A program made the position numbers and the translations under genes. Shown here piece by piece: positions 1-11,549 of a stretch of 64,000 nucleotides of DNA. The stretch covers positions 42,534,001 through 42,598,000 of the forward strand of contig NC_086108.1 in the NCBI RefSeq assembly GCF_963921235.1, written 5' to 3'. The notes beneath the pieces were generated by a model. The model did no database searches and was not told where the DNA came from. It saw only the letters and a list, made by a program, of their open reading frames with translations. Position 1 is the stretch's first letter. Every line of letters starts with the position of its first letter. Source of the stretch: Mobula hypostoma (lineage: Eukaryota).

Positions 1-10
1 TTAAACCTAC

Positions 11-69
11 CTGTAACGGATGTGATAGGGATATTCACGCAGGCTAACCAAAATATCACTTGCATCCAT
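11..69 (-). CDS. GPSM2: GPSM2 (LGN) first coding exon, CDS part; gene continues beyond the left edge of the window
   Basis: Reverse complement reads ATG GAT GCA AGT GAT ATT TTG GTT AGC CTG CGT GAA TAT CCC TAT CAC ATC CGT TAC AG|gtaggt = MDASDILVSLREYPYHIRY(R). This resembles the human GPSM2 N-terminus MEENLISMREDHSFHVRYR and ends at a phase-2 donor. It lies head-to-head with an AKNAD1-like gene, as in human. Confidence 0.85.
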
Positions 70-292
70 TCAGCTGCTTAATGTAGGGGTTCTCCACATA
101 ACCACAGTAGGCTCAGTCAGAATACTTAAAACTTAGTTAAGCAATTAAAATACAGGCTCCACAAGTATGAGGATGTTGACTACCTACAAAGCTCAGCATC
201 ATGGTTTTCTCTGCAAAAAATTAATTTGGATCATAAAGGGTGCCGCAATTTTGTGTAATAATGGACCTTTTAATTCTTCAGCAGGCTGGAAT
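70..292 (-). other. GPSM2: 5' UTR portion of the GPSM2 start-codon exon
   Basis: Minus-strand acceptor gggtttttgttctttttgcag| ends at 293. An alternative acceptor (aattttttgcag|) lies at 211. Confidence 0.6.
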
Positions 293-526
293 CTGCAAAA
301 AGAACAAAAACCCACAGTCTTGTAAATAAATATCATTATTAGTGACTGCCACTAAATAAAAGGCAATGGTGATTACAATGAAAAATTGCAGAAGTGCTTA
401 TGTCATGCTGGAAAAACACAAAATTACAAATAGCACTGAATAGAGATTCAAGTGAAACATTATGCTCCAGCTCCCGAATTTTCTCCCTCAAATACAGATC
501 TCCTAATGTGCACATGTCATAGATAT

Positions 527-975
527 ACATAGAAACATAGCACATTACAGGCCCTTTGGCCCATGATGTTGTGCCAACCATGTAACCTACTCTAGAAACT
601 AGAATTTCCCTACCGCAAAGCACTCCATTTTTCTAAGCTCCATGTAATCTGAGAGTCTCTTAAAAAACCCTATTGTATCCGCCTCTACCACGGTCACTGG
701 CAGTGCATTCCACGCACCCACCACTGTGTGAAAAACTTACCTCTGACATCTCCCTTGTACCTACTTCCAAGCACCTTAAAACTATGCCCCGTCGTGTTAG
801 CCATTTCAGCCCTGGGAAAAAGCCTCTGACTATCCACATGATCAATGCCTCTCATCATCTTATACACCTCTATCAGGTCACTTCTCATCTTCCATTGCTC
901 CAAGGAGAAAAGGCCGAGTTCACTCAACCTATTCTCATAAGGCATGCTCCCCAATCCAGGCAACATCCTCGTAAA
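527..975 (-). mobile_element. CR1 LINE 3' fragment (RT C-terminus and 3' UTR)
   Basis: ORF 694-966 MLPGLGSMPYENRLSELGLFSLE...DLIEVYKMMRGID...FFTQ is the typical CR1 ORF2 C-terminus. Short ctatgttt-type tail at 527-540. Same subfamily as 54912-55548. Confidence 0.9.
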
Positions 976-2008
976 AGGAGGCCTTGAATTTCAAGTGAAA
1001 GGCAAATGGTGATGGTGATGGGAAAGAAGTGGGATGCAAGTAAAATAGAAGCAAGCAGGGAATTCGCATTACAGGCCCAAATTCATTGCAACGTCAGGAG
1101 TACTTAGTCGTGGTTCAAAAGACATCCTGCATAGAGAAATCTGTTACATAACCCCTCAAATGGAAATCATATCAAGTTGGGAGGGGGAGGTTGCTCAGTC
1201 AAATCTATGGGTAACATGGAAAACTGAGTTACTACAGATCACTCTCCTCCCCTTCCAGCCCACCAGAGAGACCCTTCTTAACTTCCTAGTCAAGGAGTTG
1301 CAAACCTTTTGGAGAGCATGTGCCCAAATTGGTGATAACTTTCTAAATAATTGTCTAGCATCCCATGGTAACTTTTAGCAGACATCATCATTGATTAATG
1401 ATCTAGTAACAGTAATTATGGACTACAAGGAAAAAGGTTGAGCCCTGTTCTTTCTTACATACATTCATTGTTTTTCTATTAATAAAAGTGAAACAGAGAG
1501 ATTGAAATCAATGAAGCATTTTAGATTGTTCAAAAATTAACATTGTCTTTTAAAAAAAATTAAAAAGTAACATTTCTAAATAGTATTGTAGCTGTTTACT
1601 ATCTAAATACTAATATGTACATCAGTCTGCAAGGAGTTCAAAGTGCATCATCAAATGTCAGGTATTCTTGTTATCATTTAGCTGACACCAAGCCAGTGTG
1701 AGACTTTTCCTATGGAAACATCTCATTATTCTTCAAATTGTATAAAATCATTCATTGCTTCATTTGGTATTAATGATAATCATTATGTATTTTTATGGTG
1801 GAATTTACAGAATCATGGGCAGCACTGCATGTAGTATGCCAAAAAAATTTTGCACATGCCATCTTGGGCATGCATACTTTAGGTTTGGCACTCCTGTGGG
1901 CCTAGTCCATTCTTCCATCCCCACAAACTACTTAGTTTGCCGTATAACCCAAAGGAGGTGCAACACCAGTTCTTTTACCTTTTCCGTTCCCACCAAGTTT
2001 CCTAAACA

Positions 2009-2181
2009 CAAAATACTCTGCAGATGCTGGGGTCGAAGCAACACTCACAACACGCTGGAGGAACTTAGCAGGTCAGGCAGCATCTGTGGAAACGATCAGT
2101 CAACGTTTCGGGCCGCCGTAAGTTTCCACAGACGCTGCCCGACCTGCTGAGTTCCTCCAGCGTGTTGTGAGTGTTGCTTTT
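2009..2181. mobile_element. Short palindromic non-autonomous element made of two inverted Penelope terminal-repeat (pLTR) fragments
   Basis: gcaacactcacaacacgctggaggaac...tgtggaaac is followed by its near-perfect reverse complement. Flanked by 14-bp direct repeat aagtttcctaaaca (1995-2008 and 2182-2195). The sequence matches the 3' end of the PLE at 23921-24715. Confidence 0.85.
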
Positions 2182-2246
2182 AAGTTTCCTAAACAGTTGT
2201 CTCAACAGAAGCACTACAAATAGTGGGTTGGATTCAATATTCTAAA

Positions 2247-2398
2247 TGGGACAGCACAGGAGCATAGTGGTTAGCACAACGCTTCACAGCACTAGTGACA
2301 CAGGTTCAATTCCCACTGCCGCCTGTAAGGAGCTTGTGCGCTGTCTCTGTGACCACATGGATTTTCTCCGGGTGCTCTGATTTCCTCCCACAGTCCAA
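2247..2398 (+). mobile_element. tRNA-derived SINE, V-SINE (HE1-like), 5' part
   Basis: tRNA-like head with A-box (tagtggttag) and B-box (ggttcaattcc), followed by V-domain-like ttttctccgggtgctctgatttcctcccacagtccaa. Confidence 0.7.
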
Positions 2399-2519
2399 TT
2401 TCACCCCAGTATTGGTTAGTAGGTTACGTCTTTTGCAGGAAGACAATGTTGAGAGGACAAAATTGGAAGTGTATTGCCTGCTTCTTCCTGGTTACACATT
2501 TCTGGATTTCGAATGATGG

Positions 2520-4592
2520 TCAAGGAAGAGGCAAGTACAAAGGTGAAAGCAGAAGTTCAAGAAATTGAATAGACGGGGTGGGGTGGGAACCATAATTATG
2601 GGAAACGCATCACATTGGAGCCATGAACAGAACGAATATGACAGAGCTTAAAAAAAACAGGCAGAACAGTATGAAGTCCATTCAAGAATCTGGAGGAAGA
2701 GGTAGTGGTATGATCAAGATAGCAACCAACGTCAGAAGGACTAATGGGTACTGGTTGCTAATCTATCTCCTGAGATGGAGATAAAGATCAGGGAAACAAA
2801 TAGATGGATCATGGATAACAGAGCAGGGTAGAGACTGGCAGCACAAGATAAACAATGGAGCAGCCAGGAGAGTAAATAATAATTACATTCCAAATATTAC
2901 ATTTTTAATTTGGATGCATTAAGTGGAATTAAAAGTTGTTGTTAAAGGAAGGCAAAGTTTGGCTGGAATTACGGTTCAGAGAAGTGGTGAAATGCCTTTT
3001 GTATAGAATTGTAGAGGGATTGTATATTCCTGGTGAAAATGAGTCAAAAGGGACCAAGAAACTCCCTGGTGAAATCGTAATATCAATTCCTTAAACCGTC
3101 TTGGGTTTAACACAAATACAAATGATTGTTCCAGATTAAAACTCCGTCTGCCAGCTCCCGTTCTGTTCCCAGATTTTAATCTGGTTCATGCCTTACTTTC
3201 AAGTACGTATACGCAGCAGTGCCATCATTCTGGCATAAGGACTAACTGTATTAAAGACTTCCTCCAAGGGCCGGTAAGAGTCATCTACCGTTTGTAGCTC
3301 TACGGGTGCTTAGAACAGTGGCACAGCTAGAGCCCACTGAATCACCACTATACACAAACTCACAAATAAAACGTAAGATCCAAATAGAGAAATTCAAAAA
3401 AAAATGTACAAATTCGAACCAGTGACATTGAAGACTTTTAAAGTGAGATTTTTAAAAAGCGATAGCCGCAGTGGTGAAAGTCAGAAAGCCAAGAGTTTAC
3501 CATGAATAATGTAATCAATGCTAAATAATGGACAGAACTGAGTAAACAAACTTTAATCTGATACCAACCAGCATAGCAGTCCGTAGTTGAAAGTTTCAGA
3601 ATCCTGCTCGACTTTTGTTGGGGATTACTGCTATTTGATGCCTCCGACCGTGACGAACCATTGTAATTCAAACAACTCGAAGCGACCAGTTTACCCGGAC
3701 GTTGCACGTTTAGTATCAACGCCAGGTCTGCCTTCACTGCAACCTCTTTCACTGGGTAAGAGAAACTACCACTTCCACCGCTACCTTCGTGGTTGAACAC
3801 TCACAGTGCAGTTCATCAATTCAATGCCCGAGAACACTCTTTCTGGTCATGGCACAACCTTCCAAACTCACGTCAACGGCAGTTTACATGAAGAACCATT
3901 GGTTCAAATTTGAATCGAACCCGGGGGGAAGGCGGGGTTTGGGCTCGCCAATCTATGATGATGTAAGGGCGTAACGCTGAAGGAAGAATTGAGGATACCG
4001 AAGAAGAGAAAACTTGGCTGTCAAATTCGTATCCAATCTGAGGTGAAATAGTCAATCCACTTAGATTTCCCCTTGTGAATGTCGCCAATTAGCATATTCC
4101 TGACAGTAGGTGTACCTATAGCTCGCAGAAATACTCTAACCACAGTGTAAGGACACTTGCCTCTACCAGACATTGAGGGTCCTATGTTAAAGCTTCCAGG
4201 ACGCTTCACACGTGTACTATTTAAAAATGAAACACTGGCTGCTGCCTTGTAAGAGTACATTTTTACCGTGTGGTGTCCTTCACTTTAAGACACTGAAAAT
4301 ATTCCTAAAATAACGATGGGCTAATTTCAAGTAGCAGGGGTACTCACGGGTAAAGACTGACAAATCACTTAGACCCGACTCCTGAGAGTTTCTCTATTAC
4401 TTTACCTCTTATGGTGGTCTACACACAAGGGTTTTAAAGACAGAAGCGTAGAGATAGTCAACACTTAGGTTGATTTATTTTTTAAACTTCCTAAATCAGA
4501 AGGCTGGAAAATAGTCAGCATGATTCCCTTGTTCATAAAGGAAGGCAAAAGGCAGGAGCTAAAGGCTAGTTAGCTATCAAGATGCTAGAGTC
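2520..4592 (+). mobile_element. Ancient, heavily decayed CR1 LINE (ORF1 remnant, endonuclease, start of RT)
   Basis: Collinear remnants: VWLELR (about 2957), GDFNL-like agattttaatct (3171), LEQ..EPT-like (3310-3340), SVFT.EDT.NIPKI-like (4275-4312), LKTDKS.RPD (4350-4379), GLHTRVLK (4416-4439), WKI..IPLF.K.G (4505-4547). Confidence 0.55.
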
Positions 4593-5839
4593 AACAGCCA
4601 TTCAGCAAAGAAACAGTCTTCAGCCTACCATCTCAATGCTGACCATCAAGTAACCATTTAAACAGATCCAATTTTACAGCAATTTGCCTGTGGCCTTCTA
4701 TGCTGATTCTATAGCTCTTCTAGATCGTTCTTATATTTGCAAGTCTCTGGCACTTCTTAGGCAGATTATAATCAGCCTGTGAGAAGAGAAATCTTTCTCA
4801 AATCTCCTCTAAACCTACCATACCTTACCTCAAAACAGGGGTGCCCGACCTGGGGTTCCTGGTTAATAGCAGGGGTACATGGCATAAAAAACGATGGGGA
4901 CTAACTCCTGCCTTAAAGCCATATCTTCTGATTTTATGCACTTTCACTAGGAAGAAAGGCTATCTGCTGTGTATATAACCCTCATCGTTCGTACAGCTAA
5001 ATTAGGCTAAAGAAATATTTCCCTCAGTGGTGTTAGGCATTAAGTAGAAAGGCAAAAAATACATATTACAAATCATTTAATATTCTGTTACTCTATGTCT
5101 GAATATATACATAATACTGTTTACAATTTAATCATTCCTGTATGACTACTATATGAAACCACTGTAATTTATGGATTCACTTTCTATCAAATATTGTAAA
5201 TATTGTTAACATTCCGTTCATATTTCTGGGCTCCAGTCTGGAAGATTATTCAAAACAAAAGGTTAAATGAGTCTTTTATTAAGTTACTCATTGTTCATTA
5301 ATTGGAATAGGTACTGATCTGCACATTCTTAAATGAGATGCAGTAAAGTATTTCTGTGCAACATCATTTAATTAAAAATAAATCACTGAACTTTAATAAT
5401 CTTTCAATTCAGGTCACACTTTGAGTTTAATTAATAAAACTGAGAAATGCTTAGAAATTTTGCACATGCTTATTATTGTATCAGGCAAATATCAATTAAT
5501 ACATAATACATTACAAAAGTCCAGAATGAGTTGTGATTTTATGCTATGTGATCCAAATTACATTTTCAGCAGTCTAAAACTACACTCATATGTGCATATA
5601 AAAATGTTACTTTTGATAGTCAATTCATTTCAAAGAGCTCACTGCCAGGTTAACCTGTGAGCTTTGAAAGCTGTGGATGTTTGCTCTACCCCATTAATTT
5701 CCATGAAAAATCCAACTGGCAGTGCAGGATTCCTACAAAGTTGGAAAGGTATACAATTATAGTCACCTTCAGAGTCATGAGTCAAGATGGATTGCCAGGG
5801 ATTGTAGGTTACAGTTGCTTATTGTAATTATTGTCAGAG

Positions 5840-5906
5840 ATTATGGGAAGAAGTCATTCAGATTGAGAGTAGCATTATGGGAAGAAGTCATTCAGATTGA
5901 GAGTAG
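5840..5906. repeat. Tandem duplication, 33-bp unit x2 (period 34)
   Basis: attatgggaagaagtcattcagattgagagtag occurs at 5840-5872 and 5874-5906. Confidence 0.95.
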
Positions 5907-8900
5907 GCTTTTGAAAGAATCATAACGTGGGGTGCAACAAGACGCAGAAGCCACATAGACTTGAGAGTCGACGGCCCTGCCCAAGCAGACTACTGATCAG
6001 GCAGTCCTGGGTGGCACCAAATCGTCTATGTCAGTTGCAAGATGGGACTCCAATAAACTGAAGAGAGGAAGTGCAACCTGCTACAATGAAACTACTTCAG
6101 GACTGAAAAATTACAAAGTAGCAACACAGTGAGTGGAAAGTATAAAGGAAATGTAATTTTTGAAGAAAAAAAATCCATGCTGTAAAATGCTCAAGCTAAC
6201 TAATTCACACAATCTTGTGAACCTGGATATTTCACAAGCAGAAAGCTGATTTTCCGGAGATGCTGAACTGTCATCAGATGAAGAATTGTCAGATAAGGAA
6301 CAGATCACAGCTTTGAACAACATGGCAAAAGATTAAACCAATGCTCTGGAAAGGGAGGGAAACAATGTCACCACAGTTGGAAGCAGCATTGAAAGATAAT
6401 AAACTGCACAGGAAGAGGGTGAAAGCTATGCTGCTTACTAAAAAGAATGCAATGAAGATACAGTATGGAAGTCAAGCAGAAAATGTTTGCAGAGTGTTGT
6501 TTGTTTAAAAATCTTCCACACAAGTTAATGCTGGATTATCTTCAAAAAAGCCTTTAAGGTATTGCAATTCCTAGCTCTCAAGTTAGCCTAGAAACTCAGG
6601 GCATTGTGTTTATTGAATCTGAACAAGAAGTTATTGCAGCATTAGTATTGAAACAAAGTTAAAGATATTCAAATAGAAGGTTTGTTCATTGTTGTCAATG
6701 TAGTGGATATTAGATTTAAAATGAATTGCACACAAAGCTGTAGTTGCATATGAAAATGTTCTGACACAGATACAACCCTTGAAAGTGGGTATGAAGGACC
6801 AACAGAGGTGACAAGACATAGCTAATATGGTAATACAGTTTGCATTGCAAGACACTTGGCTTCTCTTTCATTCCATGGAGGGACATATTGGTGCATTAAT
6901 TGATCTTAAGTGCAGGTGATTGGCAAGATCTGGAGGGAATTGGTGGGAATGTGAGGAGAATAAGATAGGTTTAGTGTTGAATTACTGGGAATGGGTGTTT
7001 GATGGCTGGTGCAGACCAATTGGACTGAAGGTTCCATTTCCATTTTGCATCACTCTGAGTGGGTGCCACAGCTCTAATTTTGGTCCAGTCAACAGCTACC
7101 ATGAATTCCCAGTGTCAGTGATAAATGACTAAAGGAGAGCATAAATGAAGCTGGAAAGTGGAAAAGAAGAGGAACAACACTGGTCGGAAGAAAAAGTAGA
7201 ATAGCTCATAGAAACCGCAAGTCTGATTTTTTAAAAATGGACCAAGAATAGAAAAAAATTTGGAAAAACAAGTCTGTACTCTGAAGCCAGGGTATGATAG
7301 TGGTTGATGACAAAGATTAGTCCAAACAAGAGACACATGGTGAGTGAATGAAGCAGGAGCAGGCTACCCAGTCCCTCACATCTGCTCTGCCACTTAAGAT
7401 AAAGGTTTACCTGATTGCGGTCTCAACCCATGCTAACTTTTCATTCTCTTTCCTATCAAATATTTATCTACCCTAGTCTATCCAACCTTTCTGTACAAGT
7501 TAATCTGTCTGAGTGAGTCTAGGAAACCTTATATGATTTCAATTCATTAACAACCTTAAGGAAAACAGTAATGTATTCCAGATATGATGCAAGGAGTATC
7601 CTAAATAACTAAAGCAAAACCTTCATAATTTAATATCAAATTTCCCTTTGCAACAATGATCTTCTATTACTGTTTCTAATTGCAAGCAAAACATGTATAT
7701 TAGCCTTTTGAGGATAATGCAAGACACCTAAATACCTCTGACAAACACTGCAGTCTCTCAGCATTTACATACTCTCGTTTTTCATTAAAAAAAAGGTACA
7801 ATTGTTTCCATTTGCCAGATCTTTGCATGTTCACTTGACTTGATAGCCCTTTGTATCCTGCACAGTTTATTATCCTATCTTTATATCAACAACAAATTTA
7901 GCTAATAACTCAAAGTTTAAAGAGGAAATAGAATCATTGCAACGTACAAAACAGAAACAGGCCCTTTGGCCAAGTCTGCTCTGGTCATTGAGCACCAATT
8001 TACACTGATGCTATATTTACCCTTTAAAAAATCTCCCATATTATCAGCTGCTTAAGGACATAATATCTAGTTCCTTGTATATGGTTCTAAAGGATATGCT
8101 CTACAGTCTTAGATCTAAGAGGTTGCTATAAACAGTCAGTGGCCAATGATGGATCATGACTGTCATTATTCAAGTTAGCCATCAAATTGTCTGTTAGGGA
8201 ACTTTAGATTGAGAACCTTGGTCCATAAAATAAGCAACAGGCAGATTAAGGCCCATCAATTTAGTTCATAATCTGGGAAATGAATGATTAGGCCCCAGGC
8301 AGACAGTAGATCATGGGTCCTCTCAGTACTCTGTTGTTCCACAACAGCAAGAGGCAGACAGTTCCAGGGAAGACAAGAGTTCAAGTTAGATGCCTTCCAT
8401 GGGAAAGCTATGGATACATACACAGCAAAGTCGGAAATGTAAAAGAGACAACTACTGCTCACAAATTAGAAAAAAAAGAGGAAAGTCAGGATGAAAGATC
8501 ACGTGAAAACAAAGGTAGGAAGACTTACATGGCACCAAAGTAGCGCCTTTGAATTCATATTTTTAGAAGGGAAACAAATATGTTGTGTTGTTACTTTCAT
8601 TGTAGCTGCTAGACATTAAATATTTGTATTAAGATTTATGTAAATTGTGAACTGCACCAAGCATGTTCAAAGAGGAAGAAAATTATGCTGCTGGAACAAT
8701 GAGTTACTATGAGAACTGCCTGATGAGTTACTGAAATCACTAATGTCTGAAGTGGATACTTTAGAGATGTTCAATAATATCCTAAATTTTTTTTTAAATG
8801 TGGAAGAGAATATTAAAATAACTAGGTAAAGTTGCATTTGCTGAAGTTTATAATGTTGTATGCATATCTCTAAAACATACATTAAGTTTAATTCAGTTAA

Positions 8901-9607
8901 GAATTATCTGAATGGGGTAATCAATGTACAAGGGTTTGCACAAGTTTGTTATCTCCTTCCATTCTCTCACTCAACCACTGATGCACAGTAGCAGCAGCTG
9001 GGTACCATTTACAGGACGCACTGCAGCAGCTCACCACATTCCTGAGGAAGCGACCTGAGTCCAAATTCAAGTCTACCAGCAGGTTGCAAGGGCACAGCAA
9101 AAACAAAACACCACTAGGTGGAAATTCCCCCAAGCGTCACTTTCGCTCGGTTAAAGTTGTGGAATGCCCTCCCTGACACAATTGTGGGTGTACTCATGCC
9201 TCATGGACTGCAGCTCACCATCGCCTACTCAGGGCAATTAAATGCTGGTTTAGCCTGTGAAGGCCAAATGCCTTGAATAAAAAAATGTAAAACAACGCAT
9301 GTGAGTATGCCTTTAAGATCAATTATTGCCCAGAGTATGCTGATGAACGGTTGGCTCTTTCACTCCTGTTTAGTATGAGAATAGTTGCCTTCAATAAGGA
9401 CTTATTTTAAATCTCGATCGGGTCTGAACAGCAGTGTTCTCGCGACTTTATTGGGGAAAAGTGGACTAACCCTGTACATTAAAAGAAAGGAAAATAATAA
9501 TTCTGAAAGCCTACTTAACCACATGCCCTGGAGTAAATCTAAAAATGCCAATACGCTTAAAATCATTCAAAATTTGCAATACAAATTAACAAAGTTGCCT
9601 TGTAGCC

Positions 9608-10544
9608 ACACTCACAACACCTGGAGGAACTCAGCAGGTCAGGCAGCATCCATAGAAATGATCAGTCAATGTTTCGGGCTGGAACCCTTCCTCAGGACTG
9701 AAGAGGGAAGGGGCAGAGGCCCTATAAAGAAGGTGGGGGGAGGATGGGAAGGAGAAGGCTGGTAGATTCCGGGTGAAAATCCAGTAAGGGGAAAGATAAA
9801 GGGGTGGGGGAGGGGAGGCAGGGAGGTGATAGGCAGGAAAGGTGAAGAAAGAATAGGGGAAAACACAATGGGTAGTAGAAGGAGGTGGAACCATGAGGGA
9901 GGTGATAGGCAGCTGGGAGAGGGGGCAGAGTGACATAGGGATAGAGGAAGGGAGGGGGAGGGAATTACCGGAAGTTGGAGAATTCTATGTTCATACCAAG
10001 GGGCTGGAGACTACCTAGATGGTATATGAGGTGTTGCTCCTTCAACCTGAGTTTAGCCTCATCATGGCAGTAGAGGAGGCCACGTATGGACATATCTGAA
10101 TGGGAGTGGGAAGCAGAGTTGAAGTGGGTGGCTACTGGGAGATCCTGTCTGTTGTGACGGACAGAGCGGAGGTGCTCGACGAAACGGTCCCCCAATCTGC
10201 GTCGGGTTTCACCGATGTAGAGGAGGCCGCACCGGGAGCACCGGATGCAATAGATGACCCCAACAGACTCACAAGTGAAGTGTTGCTTCACCTGGAAGGA
10301 CTGTTTGGGACCCTGAATGTTGGCAAGAGAGGAGGTGTAGGGACAGGTGTAGCACTTGCGCTTACAGGGATAAGTGCCGGGTGGGAGATCCGTGGGGAGG
10401 GACGTGTGGATTAGGGAGTCGCGGAGGGACCGATCCCTGCGGAAAGCGGAGAGGGAAAGATGTGCTTAGTGGTGGGGTCCTGTTGAGGGTGGCGGAAGTT
10501 GCGGAGGATAATGTGCTGGATCCGGAGGCCGGTGGGGTGGTACA
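9608..10544 (-). mobile_element. Penelope-like retroelement (Neptune-type), 5'-truncated, with GIY-YIG endonuclease and pLTR
   Basis: ORF 9965-10291 HFTCESVGVIYCIRCSRCGLLYIGETRRRLGDRFVEH...GMN is a GIY-YIG domain. Pyrimidine-rich 3' region and hammerhead-like motif at 9663-9700. Probable TSD gccttgtagcc/gccttatagcc (9597-9607, 10545-10555). Confidence 0.9.
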
Positions 10545-10638
10545 GCCTTATAGCCGTCTCTCATCATCTACATCCAATTTTGAGTAGGATCTTCAAGCAC
10601 TTTTTCCGCTGTTAAATGGTTGGAAATAACCTATAAGT

Positions 10639-10824
10639 AAACAAGAGAAGATCTGCAGATGCAGGAAATCCAAGCAACACACACAAAATGCTGGAGGAAC
10701 TCAGCAGGCCAGGCAGCATCTCTGGGGGGTGGGGGGGGAGTATAGTCGAGGTTTCAGGGCAAGAACCTTCGCCGAAGGGTCTACTGAGCCTGTTCAATTC
10801 CTCCAGCATTTTGTGTGGGGTACA
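10639..10824. mobile_element. Short Penelope pLTR-derived element with inverted arms
   Basis: cacacaaaatgctggaggaa (about 10680-10699) is inverted at ttcctccagcattttgtgtg (about 10798-10817), with a decayed hammerhead core in between. Confidence 0.75.
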
Positions 10825-11211
10825 CATAAGCTGTCCAGTTAGCTACCCAGGGCTAACCCTACGGCAGCTTCCAAACTTCTGAATACCCATTTAAATTACC
10901 GTCAGTAACTTGGGAAAATCGTGACAACTTCTGACGCTTGCAAAAAGAAAATATCTGCAGAATCCGAGCCTCCTTGGCGGCGCGCAATTCTAAATGCGGC
11001 AATAAATACATAATTTCAAAATAACTTTAAAATAAAGTGCTACAAATATAGTCAAACAAAATAAGATTGATAGCAAACTTAGCTTGTGGAGAAAAGTAGA
11101 TAATTGGTCAAATTTACGGAGATATGTTGGAAAACTAGAGACATCGCCCTTCCCGGTTTACTACTCCTTTTCCAGGTTTGATCCGGTGCTGGTGAAGTAG
11201 AGATGTCTCAC

Positions 11212-11450
11212 CTGCAGGTGCCCAAGGTTAAGGAGAGACAAAAACTGGGACAAAACACTTAGGAATAGGAAATAACAAATAAACCGCCATATCCTGAATT
11301 ATACTAAAGACAGCGAGACAATTAATTCCACGATATGCGCTGGAACATCCAAACCTTATGCACGGGAGTCTTGACCATTCTCTTCTGCCATAGCTGCAGC
11401 TTCCTCGTCACCATAACAACTGTGACGAGCCCCGGCCCTTCGTCTCAGAG
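11212..11450 (-). other. GPSM2: Putative non-coding exon 1 of GPSM2 (5' boundary approximate)
   Basis: Strong minus-strand donor CAG|GTGAGA at 11212/11211, downstream of the CpG island core. Confidence 0.5.
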
Positions 11451-11549
11451 CCCGATTCAAATTTGATCCAATGGCAGCGCGCGTTTGCCTAATTTATGCA
11501 ACCGCCGTTGGTGCGGACTTTGAAAGATTGAGTAAACTCGCAGAAAGGC

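Noticed and set aside
339..623. 94-aa minus-strand ORF near the GPSM2 exon
   Set aside because: It starts within a CR1 tail, lies upstream of the acceptor at 293 and does not resemble GPSM2.
2247..2320. tRNA gene
   Set aside because: It has A/B boxes but no full cloverleaf and continues into a SINE core, so it is a SINE head.
3789..3974. ORF containing KFESNPGG, reminiscent of a 2A ribosome-skipping peptide
   Set aside because: It lacks the required D(V/I) and the final P of D(V/I)ExNPGP, and the ORF is short with no coding context.
3060..4460. Endogenous viral gene or CRISPR-like repeat-spacer array
   Set aside because: No long ORF or recognisable viral motif in the frames I read. The recurring ggtgaaa 7-mer has irregular spacing and no extended repeat.
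6000..7330. Possible piggyBac-like transposase remnant (acidic patch, KVGMK-like codons)
   Set aside because: Similarity is too weak to support by eye, and I found no terminal repeats or TTAA boundaries.
9700..9962. G-rich purine tract as a standalone G-quadruplex or triplex element
   Set aside because: It is the ordinary 3' region of the Penelope-like element and is repeated at 24322-24585 and 36680-36960.
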